NCBI RefSeq assembly: GCF_006345805.1
Contig: NW_021829832.1
Span: 310,001-374,000, forward strand
Direction: 5' to 3'
Source of the DNA: Octopus sinensis
Lineage: Eukaryota
DNA: 64,000 bases
Below the pieces are notes generated by a model, which saw only the letters and a program-made list of their open reading frames with translations, did no database searches and was not told the DNA's origin. Shown piece by piece: positions 52,118-62,119 of the stretch. The number at the start of each line of letters is the position of its first letter. Positions within the stretch are counted from its first letter, which is position 1. Made by a program: the position numbers and the translations under genes.

Positions 52118-53399
52118 TAATTGATTTACGGTGACTAACCATAATTAAATGAAATTTATTCTCAGGGCATTAATTTTATAAATATTATACAATATAATTA
52201 ATTAATCAAATCCACTGATTAATAAATTGTTCTGATTAAATATAGAGTCTTGTGGTGTTAAGGGTGCTTCAATTTCAAATTCGATAAAATGTTGACATGT
52301 CACAAAAAAGAATTTCAATCAATTTAATTGATTAATTAAAAATAATTTGTGTTGTTCCACTATAAATACCCACCATCAGTTAATCTAGTAAATAACTTGT
52401 TTCAAAAGATCAGATTAAATTGCATCAAAAAATACTGGAGAATTTTTAGTCATAAGTATCGAAAATTGTAGAACTAATAAAAACTGACAGGAATTATAAG
52501 AATGTAGCGAGATGTATTTTTTAGACATTGAGTGTAATCACGTGGTTGATGTTAGATGATGGTGCTGGGAATTGAACTTGTGTTGTAAAGGTGCTGTCTT
52601 TTTGAGCATTATGTGACATAAAGGGACGAATACGCATTTGCAACCGACTACATTTTACCTTGAATAATCACCTTGAACAAATCATAATCTTTTAATTGAT
52701 CTTTTAACTTTAAAGAATACATCTATACTTTAATAAAAGATATTAGAATTAAATTTTTTTAGTTCTGTCATGGGTATCGTCCATATTTTTCCTTTGTCAC
52801 ATTTTATTTATTAAATAAAAATGATGCTTTATCTTGACTCGATTATTTGACAAAAAATGTTAGTTATTTCAGCAACCGGATGGAATAAAGGCTTGATTTT
52901 ATCCAGCTGCAACGAAGGGTTCATTCTATAATCTTTGTAACTCTAAAATTTATCTCCGACACTAAATTCGTATTTACTATTGTGGACATTTATTTTTGTA
53001 TTCATTGCCTGAACCTCCATCAATCGGATTCAAATCAAATATTTTTTAAGCATGGACAATATAAATTCCAAGCTAAAATACTTGAATTTTCAAATAAGTC
53101 TAAATTTTCACAAACCTCTGATTTTTCAAAATAATTTTAAATGTTTCTTAAGGGCATAATTGGATAATTATAACCTGCATCATCAGTGTTTATTCAGCGT
53201 ATCCCTGATACCTTTAGAAATGACTCTGATTTGAGAATGAATGTACAGCCTTGAATTTTCTATAAATGTTGGTAAGTTTGACTTTTATATAAAAATTTTG
53301 TTGAAATAAATAGTTTTATGGCTATTTTTTAATAAAGAATTCTTGTGTTGAATAATAAGATTAACAACATTACCGGTATTAATTATGTAATTTTATAAG

Positions 53400-53920
53400 T
53401 ATATTCCAGAAAATTTCGTTGCTTCTAACATTTAATTTGATTAAAATTAAATCACAAACATGGATTATTTTTTTAAAAAGGATAACATCGTATAAATTAT
53501 AATGCAATCTTTCAATAATAATGAAACGATTATCCATACAGCATATCAAACACAATCAACAATACAGCTTAATTAATGCATGTACAAAATCACTCGGTAA
53601 ATATGCTGAAACAGGAAAATAACAAAACAGCGTTAGTTCGTTTCAAAAAATCTAAGATAATATTAAACTTTTCACTTTTTTCATAGATCATTTGACTTTA
53701 AATCACTTTATGCTAATAATGCATTTCTGAAAATGTTTTAAGACGATGACTAGGAAAATGAATGTCCACAATAGTAAGTACGAATTTAATGTCTGAGATA
53801 AGTATACATACATAAGAAATTATAGATAGGTTTAAGTTAAAAAATATGGAACAAACATTTTGTTGCGGCCGGGTAAATTCGAGTCCCATTCTATCCAGCT
53901 TCTGAAATAATTAACTAATC
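53400..53920 (+). mobile_element. Probable Ginger-like integrase remnant, with an inverted relative at about 52858-52995
   Basis: TKSLGKYAE... and KMNVHNSKYEFNV*DK versus the inverted KINVHNSKYEFSVGDK. Confidence 0.4.
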
Positions 53921-53999
53921 AAGTTGGGGAAAAAGATAGAAGAGTATGACGAAAAAATAAGAAAAAAATTAAAAAATATAGATAAAAACAATAATGCAC

Positions 54000-56450
54000 T
54001 GGATTTATGGAATGAAATTCAAATATAATAACGAAGAAATATTATACTTATTTTCAGAACAAAAGAATTTAAGGATTAAATTAATAATTCAAATATATCG
54101 AGTTTAGAAAAAGAGCTAAGGATAGTTCGTAACTGAATTTTAACACAAATCAAAAAATTTCAAAAATATCAAATGAAAAAAGAAGTGGAGGAACAGTCGA
54201 TGAAATCAATAAATATAAGAACAAATTCAAAATGTTCAAAGCTAATCGGATTATTAGCAAAAAAAACGACCAGGGAATATTGTTATTTACGACCAATATG
54301 GACGATAAATATTGAATTTTATTGAAAAGGCAAACATAGTCTTTTTACACTACTATGACATCTTTAACAATCAAGAAATTGAAAACAAATCTCCAATAAC
54401 ATCGAACGCCCCTCTGAACCGCCCTATTATTATCGCGGAAACTATTAAGGCAATAGAAAAACTAAACTACAGAAAGGCGGCTGGTCCTGATAATATACCT
54501 GCAGAGTTAAAAAAATGTGGACCCACTGAATCGGGTGAAATAATCCCCATCATACTCAATAAAGCATTTGAAGATAAAAACGATCTTGGAATTTGGAGAG
54601 GATGGTTAATTCCAATACCAAAACCTGAAAAACTCAGAGATCCCGAAACAGTCTAAGACTAATAATTCTATGCCGATGACATAGTTGTCGCATCTAGGGA
54701 TGTAAATGTCGAATACGCGAAGGAAAGACTACAAAGAATACTGGACGACTTATATGGATGGCTATATGAAAACAGACTACATGCATGTTCCGAAAAGTCA
54801 GCAGTCACTCTATTCACGAAAAACAGGAAGATGGGGACGAAAACTATTGAAGTCACGCTGAATGGAGTCCCAATACCACAAAAGAAAACACAGAAGATAT
54901 TGGGTGTAACGTTTGATACTTTCCTCTGTTTTTCACCTCATGTTGAATCGATCGTGTCAACCTGTATAAAGAAAATCAATTTTGTGAAAGCCTTCCTTTG
55001 GAACTGTGGGAGAGCTTATCCGCCAGGGGTAGAGACTTTTTACAAGCAGTATATCGAGCCAACAATAGGCTATGCATGTGCTGCTTGGGGCTGTAACCTG
55101 GCGGCAACGAACCAACTAAAAATCGAAAAAATCCAAGAAAAATCTATAAACCTACTGAAGGACCATACCGACAGGAAAATTGTCCATCGAACACTGGAGT
55201 CTCTCGTAGAGGCAAATGGGGGGGATCGTGGAGATGGACCACAAAAATTTCACCGTACATACAGAAAGTGTGTGGGGTCACGGTCTGAACATCGTGAAAA
55301 GATAGCTCGACTGTTGAGAAGCGTCGGAATCAAATGAACACGTTAGTTAATGGTTAAGACGGTGATTCTGTTTTTTGGCTTATTTATTTATTTATTTATT
55401 AAACACCAAGACCACAGTTAAGACCGAACTAATTAGCGTGTGATCCCGACGCACTTCGACGGAGATCCTCCGGAAAGGTTCAATCCTATGCAAAGTGCAT
55501 CGTCCTGCGACGACGATGTCCCAGGGGGTAGGAGAGCTATTGGTCCTTTTTCGGTGAGCATTAGGTGCCCCCTCGGCGTTTCCAAATCCAGTCGAAATCT
55601 CCAAGTGAATTTGGTGGACCACGTAACGCCTTTCTAAGACCGGATAGGAAGGAGATCCCTTTTTGACATACTGTGTCGTGCCAGATGTACTCGACCTCAC
55701 GGGCAAAGGAACTTCGACGAGATAACCCCGACTCCAAAGTAGCCTTCTGGATTCGAACCACGACGGCTGAATTCCAGTATCCAGGGCATACTCTTCAGCC
55801 AGAGGGCCGGTGTTGGCTTAAAATAATAATAATAATAATTATTATCGGTGTTACGGAAAACCCTTTCCAGTATTGTATTAAATCGAATCAGATTGAAAGT
55901 CGAGAAATTCTTATCACCTGGACAAAGCGGTTTCATGCAAAAAAGATCAACCGCCGACATATAGTATGGACGCACAGATGATCTGGCGCAATATGCCAAA
56001 AATACAAAAAAAGCATAGCAGTTCTGGGAATCGAAATGAGTCGTGCATTCGACCATGTACACATGTGACTACTTATTATCATTCTGAATACATTTCTAGA
56101 AGATCATCTGGCTGTCAAAATCGGAAATACCACTTCTAATTTTTGTTAACCCACTCGGGAAGTTCAACAAGAAGATTCGTTATCTCCTATTCTATTTATT
56201 ATTTATCTTGAGACTGCAATGCAATAGGGATTTCAGATCATCAAAGGACAATATTACGAGTTGATTTACGCGGATGATCTAGACTTTGTATCGAATGATT
56301 ATGAATTTCTCGAATACATAAACAAACATCTTCCTAACATTTTCCAAAGATGGTTTTTGAAGTTAAACACAAAAAACGGAATTTACATCATTCAGCCGTG
56401 CAGAGAGGATATCTGACAAGACGTGGAGAAGACGCAAACATTTTAGACCA
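54000..56450 (+). mobile_element. Nested retroelement cluster: an RTE-like LINE split by about 1.17 kb of other LINE fragments
   Basis: KAAGPDNIPAEL...WLIPIPKP...LR.IIL ends at about 54670 and resumes LSVLRKTLSSIVLNRIR...QSGF...SLSPILF...YADDL at about 55842. The insert holds an I-like YADD/KILGVTFD segment and a minus-strand piece with a (TAAA)n tail. Confidence 0.7.
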
Positions 56451-57260
56451 AAACAATCGTATTAGGTGCACCAGAAATTATTTTCGCTTTTTTCAGAAGT
56501 AAATCGCAATCAACATTTTTCAGCTTAAGTCTGCGTTAATCTATCTGACGATGTGTTTCCACATTTCTACAACAATTATATTTTTGTTTTGCCATAAAAA
56601 CGGCTTGTCAAACATTACTTTAATATCAGTTTGTAATAACAGGCTTGGTAAAATCACAGATATATGAGATTGTTGCAATATTTAAATTCTATTTTTATAA
56701 TTTTCACGATTTCCGACCTCAACTTAAATGTAATAAAGGCCAAGCGTTTTTTAATTTCTCTTCTCTTTTTGTGTGCTAGCATCAAATATTCAATTTAATT
56801 TTGGAAATCGATATTGAAAGATTCAAGTAATTGAACATAGACAGAACGTACTCCAACACGACCAAGGATCGAATCCGTCAATTTTGATTAAGAAAATAGA
56901 TTCAAAAGTAGGAAAATGAATAAAAACGATGCTATTTCTCTGAGTAAACAATTATAAATTTAGGACAAATTTGGACATTTTTATGAGCAAAAGTATTGAT
57001 TCTAAAAAGAAATATCGCAAACAAAACACGTGTTTAGTCTGAAAAAAAACATAATAATTTAATTTCTGATTTTTCCATTCATCTTCTAATTTAGTACAAC
57101 TGATGGCAATATCATTGAAAGAAAACCCTTTTATAACTTTAACTTTCAAAGTCGTGCACCCGAACAAAGGTCTACCAGCAAAAAACAAAATACAACACTA
57201 CACCAAAAAACGAAGGAAAAGTTTATTAACCAAAAGAATAGAAAATTACAAAAAGCCAAA

Positions 57261-58111
57261 TTAATCTGAATGATTGGACGTTTGATAGTTATTTTCTTCG
57301 TCAACCACATCCTTCACTTCCTCACTCTTGGCAGGACTATTCGACCTCACACTGCTAGAACGACTGCTTCTGGACGACGAACGAGTATAACTCCTACTAC
57401 GCTTACTACACCAACATCACAAACACCCCACCTCCGACTATCACTCGAAGAACTCCTGGAACTTCCCGAACGACGTCTTCCTCGACTCGACGACCGAGAA
57501 TCTCTAATTTCTTTCCGCACACGAATCTCTCTCCCATTCAGCTCATACTTGTCATATCTGTCGATTGCCTTCTTCATATCACTTCTGGTGGCAAATTCCA
57601 CAAGACTTGACATAAACATCAGTCAAATACCCTTCCCGTCTGCCGTGTCGATGGGCATCCGCATAAGTCACGTTTCCTGCCTTCCTCATCAGGTCCTTCA
57701 AATCCTTCAAATGACCAAATTCAGTCAACCTGCCAGCTGACGGAGGAGGAAAGGTTTTCGACAACAACGCGGTACTTTGTCCTCACAGGGGGACCGTATT
57801 GGTCACTGTAGCGAGATCGACCTTCGTAGTTTCGGCTGATTCCTCGACTTTTGGCATAATCGAGGTGGACACTGCGGGTGATGAGGTGGGACAACATTTC
57901 TCCGCAGAGGGGTCGGCCGTTGAGGTCGTGGATTGCATCCCTGGCGTCTCGGGAGCGTTCGAATTCCTGCCATTTGGTATTTGAGGGATACCACAAAGCC
58001 GTATCCGTTTTTTAGAAGGATTTCTGAAAGTCTTCCAAACTTTCGAAAAAAGTGTTCAATATCTGACTTTCTTGCTGAATTGGACAAATTTCCGACGTGG
58101 ATACGTGACAT
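57261..58111 (-). CDS. SR splicing factor with two RRMs (SRSF4/5/6, B52-like)
   Basis: RIHVGNLS...[22 protein letters not shown]; [41 protein letters not shown]; RS-rich tail. Confidence 0.93.
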
Positions 58112-58489
58112 CTACTGACTTGTGAATATCCGAATAAGTTAATATAATTATTTAATCGTAAAACAGTCATCACCCCGAACCTTCACAACAAGACCAAAAT
58201 GTAATGAGCACACTACACAATTAATTTATTATATTAATATTAAATAATTTATATTATGAAATATATTATTTAAACTAATGTAAATGAGGAATGATAATAT
58301 AGAAATATTATTGAATTAATAATTACAGTATCAACAATCTTTCTTTTGTCTAAAATTAAATCACATTTAAAAAACTATATTTTTCTAGTTGATCTTGAAA
58401 ATTTTGATAAATATTTTCAATCGATGAGCGCTTAAATATTTGTTTAATATTTGTCTAAAAATATAAGTTTTGTGGGACATCATTACATA

Positions 58490-60882
58490 ATGCAGGGATC
58501 ATCACTAAATTATTCCAAAATAACAGAAAGGAAACTAAAATCCAAATTAAGGGGTTTCACGTGCTTTAAAAAGGCCGATTTAATTGCCGTGATTATCGAC
58601 GACTGCAAGGCATTTCTATATCATAATTTATAGGTTGGAATCTACCGACTCTCCTGGGAAGTAGTCCATATAATATCCCCACCAGTCGAATCCAAAGTAA
58701 TCCATTCCCTCGAATGGTGTCCTGATGGAAAGGAATTGGCTATTCTCTGCAAATCTGGGGAACTGTTCTTTTGTGACGTCCATCACGGAAAGATTGTCCA
58801 CTCCGTCACGGAAATCCGCAGTCCCCCCTTCTTCATGGACTGGAAAATGTACGACTTTGCGAAATGTGAGCATTTCTTTGATGATTTTGGCAAAATAAAC
58901 TCCAATTCCCCCACTTTTAACCTCGTTTCACCCAAGTTTACAAATTATTGGCATTTTAGGTGTGATTTTAAACAATTTGAAGAAAAGGTCTTTGATTTCG
59001 AATATAAAAGGACAAGTGTGCTCATAATTGGTACTGTCGGGGGTGTTTACTGCCTGCTTTATGGCAAATTGTGCTTCAAACTTGACATTGTGGACCAGTC
59101 GTGGGTTTGCTGTTCGAATTATGGCCTAGAAAGTCATTTTTGCAGCATTCAACGACAATTTTGACAAAATGTACGTGATTGCTGACACAGAATCGTCCCA
59201 GAAGATGTCGATGGAGGTTTATATGAGTGATTGGTTACGTGATTAGGTATCCTTCAAGAAATTGTCCCACAGTCTTCCAAAGTTGTTCAGATTGAGTGCA
59301 GAAGCAGTGATTTTGGCTGAAATGAGAGAAGTTTACTCTCATGATAACATCCAAGAAAATCAAGAACACTATTTTGTCCATTCAGAGCACGTGGGGTGGA
59401 ATGTGCTCTCATTTGAACAAGCTAATTCTAGATTTTAGTAAAACATTTGGCGAGGTTGTTGTTATTGGAGTTTTTTGAGATTCCCGAAGGCTTGTATTAC
59501 CACATGATGTCGTTGCTGATATGCTGCAAGTATTTTAGTTTGTTTATTATTCAGCAACGACGTTTTTGACGAGTTTACTCGGCATATTGTGGCCAATAAA
59601 GTATTTTGGTGATTTATTTATAAGGCTCTGCCAAAAATATTGTCATTGATTGAAGCCAACCAAAAGAAGGGAATGCAATCTGTTCTTTTGTTATTTTTGT
59701 TTGGTTTTTGTATTGTGAATTTAGTTATTCATATACATTCATGATAAGAGTCACCGAGTTGAAGGCCTTCATAATGTGCAGGTTGGGTGAGGACATCCCC
59801 ATGTTTAACGACCCCTCCTGCAGTCTACTCAACGACTGCATTACCACCAGTGGAGTACTCGTTGTTCGAGTCATTCGGCTGATTTTGTAACATTTGCCAG
59901 TTTTTGACTATCAGTGCTGCTAAGGAAGATATCAAAGAGATTTGTAACTTTTTGAAGTGGCTTCAATTAAGTATTGGATACAAATTATCGTTTTAGAAAC
60001 AAACGAGTATCATATACCTAAAACAGAAGAATGTGAGTTCATGTTGCCCATCATCGACCGTCTGTTTCAGAAAATGTGCACAAAGTGGACTTACCCTTCT
60101 CGTTTATTGCAAGTTTGCAGGAAATGGAGATATTTTAGTTTTTTGAGGAGTATTGTGGTTTTGTCCCCGAAACTGACATTTCCAGACTTTTGGAGGTTGT
60201 TGACATCAGTCCAGATGCTGTCTTTAATCAAAATTTCCCTGAAATATTATTCAACATCGCCGAGTCTCTTTCTCGGGTTTTCGAGAGGAGGAATTACGTA
60301 ATACAATATCCGTATATACTAGGACGTGTTTTACGAGGCGGAGAGTACATGTCAAGTCATCTCTGAACTGTAATCATGTTTAATAGTGCTTTTAGTGCAG
60401 GGGACGTCCCCGTCGACAGAATAACATTGTATAGCACTTATTTATTTGGGTAGTTTTGATGTGTGTGGAATGACTCACTGGCTGGCAATCACAACATTGA
60501 ATCCGCTGAGTGTTGTGTTTGTAAGTTGTGAGGATATGACAAAACGTGTTTGTGTGTCCTCGTTTCCGTTTCTGCACCTCGTTGATCAGAATTTTACGTG
60601 TGATTTGGTCAATTTCAATCAATCCAATTTTGTCTTGATGGCTGCCCTCTCGCGGTCGGTTGTGTTGTTTAAAGTCGATTTTGGGGATTTTTTGATGGAT
60701 TGTGACCCGAGTCATATTGTTGTGAATAATGAGTACGAGTTGTTCAATATTGACGTGGACAGAATATTTTGTGGTGGAAAGAGGAACTATGCTCTACTGG
60801 TTTGTGTGTCCTCTCATTTTAGACGTCCTCGACTGTTAATTTTGTTGTTACTCTCATTTTTGATATCAACGATGAAGTCTGA
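58490..60882 (+). CDS. ANAPC4: Anaphase-promoting complex subunit 4
   Basis: KKADLIAVIIDDCKVGIYRL, LEWCPDGKELAI, LFFCDVHHGKIVHS, VGGVYCLLYG; C-terminal propeller ending GGKRNYALL...IFDINDEV*. Confidence 0.75.
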
Positions 60883-62119
60883 TTGTATTTTTACTAATTG
60901 AGTTGCTGGTTATTCAAACTTTGATAATTCATTTTCTGAAATTAGACATGATAATGAAAGAGTAAGCTGTTATACGTTCGATTATCAGCAATTTTTAATG
61001 AAATCAGATGATTTTGTATACTTATTCAACTTGTGAAGTTATTTCAGCAAGATATAAGTGGGGTCATAAGAAATTCAACTTTGTTTAGTTTTTTTTAATT
61101 TTTGCATTTTTATTTGGCCATCGACGAAACCGTACGTGGGATCAACCTTTGATACTTGGGTGATCTCACAATCGACAGCCCTTTTGATTCTTTCGATAAT
61201 CAGCGACCCTTCCTGCCAAATCTCTGCCTGCACAGCCTCAGTCTCGACTGAATGTCTTGAAATAGTGAATATCAACTTGAATAAGACAGACTTTCTCGCA
61301 GCCTACAAGCTCGCTTAGACCTCTTCCTGGAGTGCCAGAAGCATTTTTTAGGCTTAACCAAGGCACTCCAACCCAGTCGCCGGATTTTACACTCCTTAAA
61401 CTATCGCTAATTGAACACCCTCAGTGACGACTTGTCTTTCTGGACGAACGCAAAAAAAACCAGACTTGTTAAAACTATCACTTTTTGTTCCTGTCGCATG
61501 AGAAACCTCTGGAGTCAAAGAAGAATTGCTTTTTGTAAAAGTGAGGTCTGAAAATCATCATGGTTTTGGCAAAGAATTTCGATTTCCACTCTTTGCGGAA
61601 CTCTCAAAAAATTCTCTACGCAGATAAATAATTTTTGAATAATCTAATTATTTGATTAAAAAACATTTTGTTTATCCGATTACTAGTACACACACTCAAC
61701 AACAAATGAAACTTATCTAACAATATAGAAGTAACAACACGATTAATTCACGTGTTTCTAAATAATACTCGAATGCCTCTACTAATAAGGAATAGAACTC
61801 AACGGGATAGACAGGTAAGTCACATCTTTAAACTTGTTACTGTCTATATAAAGTATACTTGATTTGACATTGATTAGTCAAACAACATGAATAATTATTA
61901 TACACCTAAATGGTTATTTTAAATCAATAGTTCAAACAATTAACAATTTGTTGACAAGTGTAAAGTGAACAATGATTGTCTTTAAGTGACATTAAAATAT
62001 TAAAACATAATTATAAATTAAAAAATATAAATATTAATATTAATTAATGAAATATTAATATTATAATTTTATAAAATAAAATTTAGTGTATATTTCATTT
62101 TACTCGTTGTGGTGTATGT

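Noticed and set aside
60950-61640. GC-richer segment between ANAPC4 and BRWD, possibly coding on the minus strand
   Set aside because: No frame or intron combination gave a recognisable or unambiguous protein.
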